From Actinomycetota bacterium (GTDB taxonomy: Bacteria > Actinomycetota > Actinomycetes > S36-B12): a stretch of 64,000 bases of DNA. The notes below the pieces were generated by a model. It did not search any database. It saw only the letters and a list, made by a program, of their open reading frames with translations, and was not told where the DNA came from. A program made the translations under genes and the position numbers. The stretch spans positions 9,390 to 73,389 of the forward strand of contig JAFMCH010000003.1 in the NCBI GenBank assembly GCA_017857875.1, given 5' to 3'. Shown here piece by piece: positions 31,832-41,161 of the stretch (position 1 is the stretch's first letter; each line of letters starts with the position of its first letter).

Positions 31832-32590
31832 GTGGGCAAAGTACCGGCCGCCAGTCACACGCTGGCGATCCTTCGCACCCTCGCCAGCCGAGGGGCGTGT
31901 TCGGCGAGCACCCTGGCAGCAGACCTCCAGCTGCCCCGAAGCACCGTGTACCACCTGCTCGCCACTCTGCGGGAGACAGGATTCGTGGTGCATCGAGAAT
32001 CCGAACGCCGGTGGAGTCTGGGCCCCAGCGCCGTCGACGTGGGCCTGGCCGCACTTCGACAGGATCCCCGCGACATCGTTGTTCGACCACATTTGATTCG
32101 CCTCGCCGAACAGGTCAATGAAACCGTTCATCTCGGCGTTCTCCAGGGTGCGGAAGTGTTATATCTGATGAAAGAGTCCCGACCGGGAATAAGTGCCGCG
32201 CCCACCCTCATCACCGCTGTTGGAGTACGCCTGCCGGCCACAACGACCGCAAGTGGTCGCGCGATCCTGGCGCGGCTCCCGTTTGAACAGGTGCGGGCCC
32301 TCACCGCCACGCCCACAGCATTTGTCTCCCGCACCGAGCGCGGCCCCAGATCACTTTCGCAATTACGTTCAGTGCTCGATCGTGAGCGACGACAGGGGTA
32401 CAGCGTGGAAATAGGCGAAATCATGCTCGATCACGCGTCGATCGCGGCACCAATACTTGATGTTCGCCAGCAACCAACAGCAGCAGTCAGTGTGACCGTG
32501 CGCTGCAGCGAAGCAGATTTTGCCGACCGCGTTGACGACCTATCAGCCGCCGTCATCGCCACTGCGGAACGAATCAACGCGGCGCGGTAA
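31832..32590 (+). CDS. IclR family transcriptional regulator
   Basis: 252 aa with an N-terminal winged helix-turn-helix (LAILRTLASRGACSASTLAADLQLPRSTVYHLLATL) and a C-terminal IclR effector-domain pattern. Confidence 0.85.
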   Translation: MGKVPAASHTLAILRTLASRGACSASTLAADLQLPRSTVYHLLATLRETGFVVHRESERRWSLGPSAVDVGLAALRQDPRDIVVRPHLIRLAEQVNETVHLGVLQGAEVLYLMKESRPGISAAPTLITAVGVRLPATTTASGRAILARLPFEQVRALTATPTAFVSRTERGPRSLSQLRSVLDRERRQGYSVEIGEIMLDHASIAAPILDVRQQPTAAVSVTVRCSEADFADRVDDLSAAVIATAERINAAR

Positions 32591-34003
32591 TTTCCACGGG
32601 TTTGCTTCCTGCAGTGCCACCGGAAGCAGTGCATCGGGGATCGACTGCCACGCGACCGGGCGCAGGAAACGATCAATCGCGAATGAGCCCACGCTCGTCG
32701 TGTCGGGGCGCGTCGAAGCAGGGAACGGTCCACCGTGTTGCATGGCCCAGGTAACTGCAACTCCGGTCGGCCACTCGTTAAACAACACGCGACCGGCCAG
32801 GCTGGCAAGGCGATCAAGCAGCCTCGGCAGTTGTGGTTCATCACCTTGGGCTTGAACGCCGGCGGCCAATACACCCGGTAGCTCATCGAGAAGATGAGTT
32901 AACTGCTCGTCGGTGTCATACTCCACCAGCATTGCCATGGGCCCGAAGCATTCGTCAAGAAGAGCCGGGTGATCGCTCACGTGCGACGCCGATACTGACA
33001 GCAGAGTCGGGGTGACCTCGCGGGTGTCTGGATCTGTTTGTCCCACATGAATCACCTCCACCGCGTCGATGTTCATGCGCTCGGTGACTCCGGCCACAAA
33101 GGCCTTTTGGATCGCATCGGTCAACATCGACTGACCTGCGGCCTCGTCGAGTTGTGCCGCCAGTAAATCGTGCAACTCCTGATCACGCGGAACAATGAGT
33201 ACACCGGGTTTCGTGCAAAACTGACCGGCGCCCAACGTAAATGAACCAATGAACCCCGTGGCGATCTCATCCCTTCGCTCGGCCAATGCCGCGGCCGTAA
33301 CAATAATCGGATTGATACTGCCCAGTTCACCGAAAAACGGAACAGGCCGCGGTCGCTGTGCCGCGATGGCCGCAAGTGCGAGACCCCCCTGCTGACTACC
33401 TGTGAAAGCGACCGCATTGATTCGATCATCATTAACCAGATCGATCCCCGCCTGAACATCAGTGTCGATCATCGTGAGCATGCCGCTGGGCGCACCAGCT
33501 CCAGACAGCGCCTGCTGCGCCACAGCCATGACCGTTGCGCTCAATCGTGGATGCCCGGGGTTGGGCTTGACCACAACTGAACACCCTGCGGCAAGCGCCG
33601 AAGCAGTGTCATTACCCAAGACCGAGAACGCGAAAGGGAAATTACTTGCCGCGAAGACAGCCACGGGCCCCAGAGGTGTCTGCATGCGTCGCAGATCTGG
33701 TCGCGGCGGAGTTGTCGTCGGATCGGCAGGGTCAATGACAACACCCAGGTAGGAACCCTCGCGAATAGTCGCGGCCATCAGCCGCAACTGGCCGCTGGCT
33801 CGCCCGACCTCGCCGCTCAATCGCAACTGCGGAAGATGAGATTCGGTCATAGCAATGGGCACCAATTGGTCTCGCGCCTCATCGAGTGCATCGGCGAGCA
33901 CCACCAGTAGGTCTGCCCGCTGACTTGGCGACATCCGTGCCAATACTGGCGCCGCCAACTGTGCTGCGGCACAGGCTTTCTCTACCGAAACTACCGGACT
34001 CAT
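32543..34003 (-). CDS. NADP-type aldehyde dehydrogenase, alpha-ketoglutaric semialdehyde dehydrogenase-like
   Basis: 486 aa ALDH with the catalytic Cys block LGAGQFCTKPG. It is the last gene of the hydroxyproline cluster. Confidence 0.8.
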   Translation of the reverse strand: MSPVVSVEKACAAAQLAAPVLARMSPSQRADLLVVLADALDEARDQLVPIAMTESHLPQLRLSGEVGRASGQLRLMAATIREGSYLGVVIDPADPTTTPPRPDLRRMQTPLGPVAVFAASNFPFAFSVLGNDTASALAAGCSVVVKPNPGHPRLSATVMAVAQQALSGAGAPSGMLTMIDTDVQAGIDLVNDDRINAVAFTGSQQGGLALAAIAAQRPRPVPFFGELGSINPIIVTAAALAERRDEIATGFIGSFTLGAGQFCTKPGVLIVPRDQELHDLLAAQLDEAAGQSMLTDAIQKAFVAGVTERMNIDAVEVIHVGQTDPDTREVTPTLLSVSASHVSDHPALLDECFGPMAMLVEYDTDEQLTHLLDELPGVLAAGVQAQGDEPQLPRLLDRLASLAGRVLFNEWPTGVAVTWAMQHGGPFPASTRPDTTSVGSFAIDRFLRPVAWQSIPDALLPVALQEANPWKLPRRVDSFRSGDDGG

Positions 34004-34947
34004 TAACTACTCCCTATGCCAGATTGATGTCGCCGGGATAACAGGGCGCTGACCACCGCGTCCTCCCAGCCCATGCCCATACTTTTGAACACGCGGGCGC
34101 CGGTGCGTGGTGCAGGCGAGCGCACAAGCTCAAGTAGATCTGCGTCAATATCTTGCCCGCTCATGAGGCCATCGGCGATCGGCAGCGCAATGTCACCGGC
34201 CTCTCGTAACGCCGCCTCGCGATTTTCGACAGCCACAAATGCTCGCGCGACAAGCGCCCCAGGCAACTCGCGAACATCTGGGGCATGCGCGCCGACTGCA
34301 ACGGCTGCTAGGTCGTGGCCGGGGTCAGCGAAGAGAGGTTCCGTGGCCGTGGTGGCGCACACAACGATGTCGGCGCCGCGCAGGTGCGCATCAGCATCGC
34401 TAGAACGTACAAGGTCGATCTGCACGTGCGGGTGTCGTGCCCGCGCTTGAGTGAGCACGTCGGCTGCGCGCTCGGGTCGGCGGGCTACCACAATGGCACG
34501 GGTAATGGGCCACTCCGCGATGACCGCGTCGAGGTGAGCACTCCCCTGCGGTCCGCCGCCAAAAACCACCAGCGTTGACGAATTCGGATCCGCTAGCGCT
34601 CGTAGCGCCACGATGCTGATCGCCGTTGTGCGCATCACGGTAAGCGCAGCAGCGTCCATGATCACCGTGGGAGCAAGTGTCACCGGATCGAAAACAAGAT
34701 GAACGCCCTTGATGCGTGGCGGTGGGCCATCGGCATCCGCCATGATCGTCACAATCTTTATGGTCGGAATTCCCGTTGTCCTGCTTGGCATAATGAGCAT
34801 CTCGCCATTAGGTAGCTCCATGAATTCCCGCGGCGGATCCGCAAGTCCAGGCATCCCCGAGCGCAGCGCTGCTTCAAGTGCATCGGCGCATTCGGTGATC
34901 GTCGCACTAGCAAATGTGGCAGCAGCGTCAAGGTACTGGGGTATCAC
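34003..34947 (-). CDS. Ornithine cyclodeaminase / mu-crystallin family protein (possible pyrroline-2-carboxylate reductase)
   Basis: Has an OCD-like Rossmann fold (LVVFGGGPQGSAHL). I chose the GTG at 34945-34947 because it overlaps the upstream stop (GTGA). Confidence 0.7.
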   Translation of the reverse strand: MIPQYLDAAATFASATITECADALEAALRSGMPGLADPPREFMELPNGEMLIMPSRTTGIPTIKIVTIMADADGPPPRIKGVHLVFDPVTLAPTVIMDAAALTVMRTTAISIVALRALADPNSSTLVVFGGGPQGSAHLDAVIAEWPITRAIVVARRPERAADVLTQARARHPHVQIDLVRSSDADAHLRGADIVVCATTATEPLFADPGHDLAAVAVGAHAPDVRELPGALVARAFVAVENREAALREAGDIALPIADGLMSGQDIDADLLELVRSPAPRTGARVFKSMGMGWEDAVVSALLSRRHQSGIGSS

Positions 34948-36356
34948 GCGCGGCCCTGCTTGGCTACTGCTCCGAGCGGAATCGGCACGCCGATCGGACG
35001 ATTCGCCGCGGCCTTCTGCGAGGCAACCGACGTCGGGCCAGGACACAACCCCTCAACGGTGTAGGAGCACATTCGACCCTGACACCAGCCCATGCCAGCG
35101 CGAGTCAGCAACTTGATCGCACGCGCATCCGTGGCTCCGAGGTCATCTCGGGCCTCCAGCACGGTGGTAAGTGATACCTCCTCACACCGACACACCATGG
35201 TGTCACCGGTCTGTTCTGCTACCCATGCAGTAGGCGTGGGAAAAGAAAGCGCGAGTGCCTTTGCGAATCGGCGCAGATGGCCGCGTCGGCGATACAAACC
35301 CGTCATCACTTTGCTGTCGGGCTGCGTGCGCTGACCATCAGTTCGTAGCAGATGACACGCCTGAATACCGGCGATACGGCCCTCGACCGCAGCCAGGTCA
35401 ACGCCACCGACGCCCGTTGTTTCACCAGCGGCCAGCACCCTGGGCACAGAAGTCATCTGATTGTCGTCAACGCACACAGCAAGACCACCGTCAGCCGATT
35501 GCACCGCTTCGCAATCCAATTGCATCAATAGGTCAAGCTGCGCGGTGAAGCCGAAGCCGAGCGTGACGCAATCAACTTCAAAAGTGCGAGCAGACCCCTC
35601 GATCGGTCGCCATTGCTCATCTACTCGATGCACAACTGCTGATGCCACCGCCGCATCATCTTCGGCGCCATGAATCTCGGTGACGCGATGACCGGTGAGA
35701 TACGGAATGCGGTGCCGAGCCAGGATCGCCGCAAATTTAAGCGCCTCGCCTGATTTCATCAGTCCCGTCGGCATTAGTTGAGCGGCATGTCGAATCAACC
35801 GGCGAGGTTGATTTGCTTCAATCACGGCAGCGACCTCGCCACCAGCCTGCACGATCGCGGCGGTCACCGCAAGTAGAAATGGTCCGGTGCCCGTCACCAG
35901 CGTGCGTCGTCCTGGCAGTACTCCACTGCCCTTGATGAGCGACTGAGCACCACCACCGGCCATCACACCAGGCCGCTGCCACCCGGGGATAGCCAGTTGT
36001 CGATCGACGGCGCCGGTGGCAACAACAAGCACCCGCGTGGATACGGCATGAAGATCGTTGCGGTGGCGTTCATCGCCGCGCAGTCGCACCACTACTAGAT
36101 CACCATCAAGATCGGCGGCATACGCCTGCCAACCCATGTACGTCGCGATGTTCGCCCATCGTTGCGCGTCAGTCGTTCCGGCCGGAAAGTAAGGTGGGTC
36201 TTTCACTCCACGCCGGTGATACTGGCCGCCCGGTCGCGCATTGGCGTCGATCACGACGACTCGATTACCGTCTGCTGCAGCCTCATAGGCGGCACTGAGC
36301 CCAGCTGCCCCGGCACCGATTACCAGCACGTCACACTCTGCTGCTAACTCAGTCAT
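34944..36356 (-). CDS. FAD/NAD(P)-binding oxidoreductase, D-hydroxyproline dehydrogenase alpha (HcnB/opine-oxidase A-like) subunit
   Basis: Has an N-terminal dinucleotide fold (DVLVIGAGAAGLSAAYEA) and a second fold (TLVTGTGPFLLA). I trimmed the start to MTELAAE. Confidence 0.72.
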   Translation of the reverse strand: MTELAAECDVLVIGAGAAGLSAAYEAAADGNRVVVIDANARPGGQYHRRGVKDPPYFPAGTTDAQRWANIATYMGWQAYAADLDGDLVVVRLRGDERHRNDLHAVSTRVLVVATGAVDRQLAIPGWQRPGVMAGGGAQSLIKGSGVLPGRRTLVTGTGPFLLAVTAAIVQAGGEVAAVIEANQPRRLIRHAAQLMPTGLMKSGEALKFAAILARHRIPYLTGHRVTEIHGAEDDAAVASAVVHRVDEQWRPIEGSARTFEVDCVTLGFGFTAQLDLLMQLDCEAVQSADGGLAVCVDDNQMTSVPRVLAAGETTGVGGVDLAAVEGRIAGIQACHLLRTDGQRTQPDSKVMTGLYRRRGHLRRFAKALALSFPTPTAWVAEQTGDTMVCRCEEVSLTTVLEARDDLGATDARAIKLLTRAGMGWCQGRMCSYTVEGLCPGPTSVASQKAAANRPIGVPIPLGAVAKQGRA

Positions 36357-36618
36357 TAGTTGCACCACCCTGGGTGGTGATTGCATCTCCGGGTTCAACC
36401 GTCACCAGGCAGGCGCGCACATTGGGTTCACCATTGAGCATGACCAGGCAGTCGAAACACGCCCCAATGCCACAAAAGAGGCCGCGCGGCGCTTGACCGT
36501 GTCGAGTTGTTCGCCAGGCCCGGAGTCCGGTCGACATCATGGCGGCTGCGACGCTCATGCCCGGGCTCACCTGCACAGGGCGACCATCAATCACAACCGT
36601 GCAGAGCGGATCAGACAT
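36349..36618 (-). CDS. Small (2Fe-2S)-binding subunit (HcnA/opine-oxidase-like)
   Basis: ~89 aa with a Cys cluster (FCGIGACFDC...VRAC). I trimmed the start to MSDPLCTVVIDGRP. Confidence 0.72.
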   Translation of the reverse strand: MSDPLCTVVIDGRPVQVSPGMSVAAAMMSTGLRAWRTTRHGQAPRGLFCGIGACFDCLVMLNGEPNVRACLVTVEPGDAITTQGGATND

Positions 36619-37774
36619 GGAGGGCTCCAAACCTTTCGGCGGCGAATGGTTGCAGGTCAATGGATGTTGTTTGGCCCATGACAGACTGGGCAATGACGTG
36701 TCCCGTTGCGGCAGCCAGGCCTACCCCCGCACCCTCGTGACCACAGGCATGAAGAAGCCCGGGCACCCGAGCATCCGGGCCGATGACGGGCATGTGGTCG
36801 GGACAATATGGTCGAAATCCACCATAGGTCCGCATCAAGGCCACTTTTTCCAGCACCGGAAATAACTGCAGGGCTTGAGCTGCCAGCGTCGACACAATGG
36901 ACCAGTCACGCGTGCGATCAAAGCCGACCCGCTCGCGACTTGCGCCGATCAGGATCGTGCCACTTTCGGTGCCCTCTACAACAGCGGCGGTCTGCAGCGA
37001 TGCTTCATCGCTTGCCACGTTGGCCACGTATTGAGCCGAATAGACCTTTCGGTGAACGGTGGTTGGTAAGGGCTCGGTCACCAGAATAAATCCTCGACGA
37101 GGCAGGATCGGCACTTCAACTCCGGCCATCGCTGCAATCTGACCGCCCCAGGTGCCAGCAGCATTGACCACAATCGGTGCCCACAGAGTTTCACGTGCTG
37201 TCTCCACGCCCGTCACTGCGCCACCGTCGCCTTGGCGAATACCGACGACATCGGTGTTGGTGTGCAGAGTAATTCGACCAACCCGTACACCACGGGCGAT
37301 GAGGTGCGCTGCGGCCAGCATCGGCTGGGTTTGCATGTCTTGTGGGTAGTAAATGGCCCCGGCGACCTCAGGATTCAAATGTGGTTCGAGCGCCAGCAGA
37401 TCACCGCCCGTGACCTCCGTGGCGATAACGCCGGAGTCACGCTGCTTGGCGGCAAACTGCTGGAGATGTTCGAAGGTGGAGGGGTCGTAGCCGACCGCGA
37501 TGCCGCCCTTGGCTTCTAACTCACACGCCGACCCAATCACGTCAATGAGCTCTGTCCAAAGCCGTTGACTTAGTAAGGCCAGATCAAGTTCAGCTCCCGG
37601 TTCTTTATCGGACACCAGAATGTTTCCTTCACCGGCGCCAGTCGTGCCAGCTGCAACACTGCCGCGATCGACGACTCCCACACACAGGCCAGCCTCAGCC
37701 AAATAATGGGCGCAGCAGGCGCCGACTACCCCTGCACCAATCACAATGGCGTCGTAGTTCTGTCCGCTAGGCAT
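36611..37774 (-). CDS. FAD-dependent oxidoreductase, D-hydroxyproline dehydrogenase beta (DAO family) subunit
   Basis: Has the motif YDAIVIGAGVVGACCAHYLAEAG and the DAO-family pattern. The start is just downstream of the GntR stop. Confidence 0.82.
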   Translation of the reverse strand: MPSGQNYDAIVIGAGVVGACCAHYLAEAGLCVGVVDRGSVAAGTTGAGEGNILVSDKEPGAELDLALLSQRLWTELIDVIGSACELEAKGGIAVGYDPSTFEHLQQFAAKQRDSGVIATEVTGGDLLALEPHLNPEVAGAIYYPQDMQTQPMLAAAHLIARGVRVGRITLHTNTDVVGIRQGDGGAVTGVETARETLWAPIVVNAAGTWGGQIAAMAGVEVPILPRRGFILVTEPLPTTVHRKVYSAQYVANVASDEASLQTAAVVEGTESGTILIGASRERVGFDRTRDWSIVSTLAAQALQLFPVLEKVALMRTYGGFRPYCPDHMPVIGPDARVPGLLHACGHEGAGVGLAAATGHVIAQSVMGQTTSIDLQPFAAERFGALHV

Positions 37775-38432
37775 GGTGACGCGCCCAACTTCCGCGCACA
37801 TGGTCGAGGTGATGGTGCATAAGGTCTGCAGCCGCATCCGCATCCCCTCGCGCTACCGCCTCGAGCAGTTCGATGTGCTCCAGAGCAGATGGCACCAGGT
37901 TGCCCTCGGCTGCCAAGGCACCCAGGGCGTATAGGCGACTTTGAGTACGCAGAGAGTCAACGATGGTGACAAGCCGCTCATTACCTGCCGCTGAGAGCAA
38001 TCGCAGATGGAACTCGCGATCCCCCTCCAAGTAGGACACAAGATCCGCATCCATTGCGGCCACACGCACCCGCTCAGCGATCTGGCGTAGTTCGTCGAGT
38101 TCACCGGCCGCGATCGTGCCGCTAATGCGTGCGACGACAGGTACCTCGAGGAGCCGACGTACCTCAGCCAGAGCGTCTAGATCACCGGCAGACATCTCAA
38201 CCACGCGAAAGCCCTTGTTGGGGACCGCCGCCACAATCCCCTGCTGCACAAGATCAAGCATCGCCTCACGAACCGGAGTCGCGGATACCCCGAATTGTTC
38301 GGCCAACGTGGGCACCGAGTAGGTAATCCCGGGCATAAGCTCACCGGCGATGAGCGCCGAGCGCAACCGTGCTCCGACCTGTTGCCGGAGCGAAAGTCCG
38401 GCGCGGCTTTGGGTTCGCGTCAACTGTTTCAC
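37767..38432 (-). CDS. GntR (FadR subfamily) transcriptional regulator
   Basis: Has a winged helix-turn-helix (PGITYSVPTLAEQFGVSATPVREAMLDL) and an FCD-like helical C-terminus. Confidence 0.85.
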   Translation of the reverse strand: MKQLTRTQSRAGLSLRQQVGARLRSALIAGELMPGITYSVPTLAEQFGVSATPVREAMLDLVQQGIVAAVPNKGFRVVEMSAGDLDALAEVRRLLEVPVVARISGTIAAGELDELRQIAERVRVAAMDADLVSYLEGDREFHLRLLSAAGNERLVTIVDSLRTQSRLYALGALAAEGNLVPSALEHIELLEAVARGDADAAADLMHHHLDHVRGSWARHHA

Positions 38433-39430
38433 AAAACGAAGCCTTCAGGAAACGGGTCATCTGAGGCCAGAAACACCTGACTGGTGCCCATCACCCATGC
38501 TTGTCCGGTGATCGTCGGAATCACCGCGGCTATGCCAGCGACCTGCGCGTCATCGACGAGGCGGCCCGTGAATGCCCGCCCTAGAAATGATTCATTGCGA
38601 AACTCTTGCTGCAGCGGCAATTCACCGCGTGCATGCAGTTGCGCCATGCGCGCTGAAGTGCCAGTGCCGCAAGGTGATCGATCAAACCATCCCGGGTGAA
38701 TCACCATCGCGTGACGTGATTCACGCGCGGTGGAGCCGGGGGCGAGCACCTGCACATGATGGCAACCTTGAATCTCCGACTGCTCGGGGTGTATCGGTGG
38801 TGTGCTCGCATTGATCGCTGCCATCAACGCGAGCCCGCGCTCCATGATGGCGGCGGCGTTGGCTTGATCAAACTTCACGCCCAGGGATTCAGAGGTAACT
38901 ATGGCGTAGAAATTTCCGCCGTAGGCCATGTCGTAGTCGACAACGCCTATGCCGCCAACATCAACCTGCTGGTCTAGCGCATGTGAAAACGACGCCACGT
39001 TGCGCAGCGTGACTGACAGGGCTTGGCCATTTTTGACCTCGACCGTTGCCTCTACCAAACCTGCTGGAGTGTCAAGGGGAATGACGGTCACCGGCTCGGT
39101 CACGTCCACCATGCCGGTCTCCACCAGCGCGGTGGCGACCCCGATAGTGCCGTGCCCACACATGGGCAAGCATCCGGACACTTCAATGAAGATCACTCCC
39201 CACTGCGCATCTGATCTCGTAGAGGGTTGAAGAATCGCACCGCTCATCGCAGAATGTCCGCGCGGCTCGTTCATCAACAACCGCCGCAGATGATCAAGAT
39301 GGTTCACGAAGTACTCGCGCTTGGCCATCATGGTGCTTCCGGGCACCTCGCCCACGCCGCCGACGACAACTCGCGTGGGCATGCCCTCGGTGTGAGTATC
39401 AATCGTGTGCAGCACCCGCTGTGCGCGCAT
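38429..39430 (-). CDS. 4-hydroxyproline 2-epimerase / proline racemase family protein
   Basis: 333 aa. Both catalytic Cys positions are present (LPMCGHG and DRSPCGTGTSA). This Cys/Cys pair is typical of epimerases/racemases rather than the Cys/Thr dehydratases. Confidence 0.85.
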   Translation of the reverse strand: MRAQRVLHTIDTHTEGMPTRVVVGGVGEVPGSTMMAKREYFVNHLDHLRRLLMNEPRGHSAMSGAILQPSTRSDAQWGVIFIEVSGCLPMCGHGTIGVATALVETGMVDVTEPVTVIPLDTPAGLVEATVEVKNGQALSVTLRNVASFSHALDQQVDVGGIGVVDYDMAYGGNFYAIVTSESLGVKFDQANAAAIMERGLALMAAINASTPPIHPEQSEIQGCHHVQVLAPGSTARESRHAMVIHPGWFDRSPCGTGTSARMAQLHARGELPLQQEFRNESFLGRAFTGRLVDDAQVAGIAAVIPTITGQAWVMGTSQVFLASDDPFPEGFVL

Positions 39431-39433
39431 GAG

Positions 39434-40330
39434 CTAGCGGTATCCCTTGGCAAGGGCGATCTCGGTGTCCTGTCGAACCCTGGCTGCTGATTCAGGTGAT
39501 AACGGAAGCCGCGGGGGGCGGCACGCGCCACCGAAACGACCTGCCACATCCATCGACAGCTTGATGGCCTGCACGAACTGAGTCTTGGAATCCCAGCGCA
39601 ATAGTGAATGTAGATCCTTGTAGATCGGCAAGGCTGTGGCTACGTCACCAGCCATCGCCGTGTCATACAACGCACGACAGGCCGTTGGCAATGCATTGGG
39701 GTAGCCGGCAATCCACCCTCTGGCACCCGCTAAAGCCAACTCCACGACCACATCGTCAGCACCGATGATCAAATCAAGCTCTGGGGCAAGTTCAGCCAAT
39801 TCATAGGCTCGCCGGACATCGCCGCTGAATTCCTTAACCGCCACAATCAACCCCTCGGCGTGCAGTGTGGCGAGCATCTGAGGTGTGAGATCGACCTTGG
39901 TATCAAAAGGATTGTTGTAGGCAATAATCGGCAAGGACTCGCGAGCTACTTCGCGATAATGCTCGAGCACAATTCGATCATCAGCCCGGTAGGCGTTGGG
40001 TGGCAACAGCATCACCGCACTTGCACCCGCCTCGGCCGCCTGCACCGTCCAACGACGGGATTCCCCCGACCCATAGGCGGCAACACCTGCCACGACTGTT
40101 CCGTTCACCGCTGCAGCAGCCTTGACCGCAGTGTCGACCACCTGAGCGCGTTCGTCGTCGGTAAGCGTCTGGTACTCGCCCAGCGATCCATTCACGACAA
40201 CGCCATCGCAACCGTGCGTACACAACCACGCTACGTGCTCGGCGAAACGCTCAAAGTCGACGGCATCATCAGCCGTAAACGGCAGTGCCGCAGCCGTCAA
40301 GATGCCGTGCCAGGGAGTGGGAGATGTCAT
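39434..40330 (-). CDS. DapA-family lyase, likely pyrroline-4-hydroxy-2-carboxylate deaminase
   Basis: Has the dihydrodipicolinate-synthase-family pattern (VVNGSLGEYQTLT, Schiff-base Lys in VAVKEFSGD). I trimmed the start to MTSPTPW. Confidence 0.78.
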   Translation of the reverse strand: MTSPTPWHGILTAAALPFTADDAVDFERFAEHVAWLCTHGCDGVVVNGSLGEYQTLTDDERAQVVDTAVKAAAAVNGTVVAGVAAYGSGESRRWTVQAAEAGASAVMLLPPNAYRADDRIVLEHYREVARESLPIIAYNNPFDTKVDLTPQMLATLHAEGLIVAVKEFSGDVRRAYELAELAPELDLIIGADDVVVELALAGARGWIAGYPNALPTACRALYDTAMAGDVATALPIYKDLHSLLRWDSKTQFVQAIKLSMDVAGRFGGACRPPRLPLSPESAARVRQDTEIALAKGYR

Positions 40331-40396
40331 GAGTAATATATTACACACCCGCGAGGCTCGCGCTGATCCATCCCCGGCAGCCATCCGTTCGGGGAC

Positions 40397-41128
40397 TCAC
40401 GCTCGACGAAACGCCCCGGGCGTGAGTCCCAGCACCGATCGAAATTGTCGCGTAAACGAGCTTTGGTCATAGAACCCGCAAGCGGCAGCAATCTCACCGG
40501 CGGTCGCATCAGTCGTCGTGAGTAGATGCACCGCATGTTCCACCCGCAGGCGCTGCAACAGACCACGCGGTGACAATCCGAGCGTGCGTCGACACAGTCG
40601 CTCCAGTTGCGAGGTCGACAGTCCCGCAACGTCAGCTAACTGCGCGACACGCCAGGGCGCACCGGGCTCTGCGCGCACCTGAGCCAACATCCGGGCTAGA
40701 CCCGCGTGCGCCGCGTCCATCTGCGCCTTGAGATCAACCGACAGCACCAAGACTCCCACCGGCTCATCGGCATCGTCGGTGAACCGCGACTTCGAGGTCA
40801 GATACCACCCCAACTGTCCATCGCTGCCCACGATCAGCTCGAGGTGTCCGGCCAGCGCATCGCCGGTGCTAATGACATGTGCGTCCTGGGCGGCATAAGA
40901 GGCCGCCAGTTCAGCGGCAAAGAAATCATCAACGGTGCCGCCAACGATCTCGCGGGCGTCACGTCCCACCCGTTGAGCGAAACCCGAATTGACGTAGAGG
41001 TATCGACCCTCTCGATCCTTGGCCGAGGCCATGACCTGCGGTAATCCGTCGACCAGTTCGACGAATACCCGCAGGGCCGAGGGGCGATTTGGTATTTTTT
41101 CGACAGCCACGGCCCCACTGTGACACAA
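40397..41128 (-). CDS. AraC family transcriptional regulator with N-terminal PAS-like sensor
   Basis: A PAS-like block (KDREGRYLYVNSGFAQRVG) is followed by a C-terminal AraC helix-turn-helix pair (ACGFYDQSSFTRQFR). It is divergent from putA. The start is uncertain. Confidence 0.78.
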   Translation of the reverse strand: MCHSGAVAVEKIPNRPSALRVFVELVDGLPQVMASAKDREGRYLYVNSGFAQRVGRDAREIVGGTVDDFFAAELAASYAAQDAHVISTGDALAGHLELIVGSDGQLGWYLTSKSRFTDDADEPVGVLVLSVDLKAQMDAAHAGLARMLAQVRAEPGAPWRVAQLADVAGLSTSQLERLCRRTLGLSPRGLLQRLRVEHAVHLLTTTDATAGEIAAACGFYDQSSFTRQFRSVLGLTPGAFRRA

Positions 41129-41161
41129 GACAGAAACGCGGACTTCCGGTTGGGTTCGGCT

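Noticed and set aside
31754-32131. N-terminal 126-codon extension of the hutH ORF (648-aa version)
   Set aside because: The extension has no HAL similarity and overlaps the divergent IclR gene. The HAL alignment begins at the GTG at 31751-31753.
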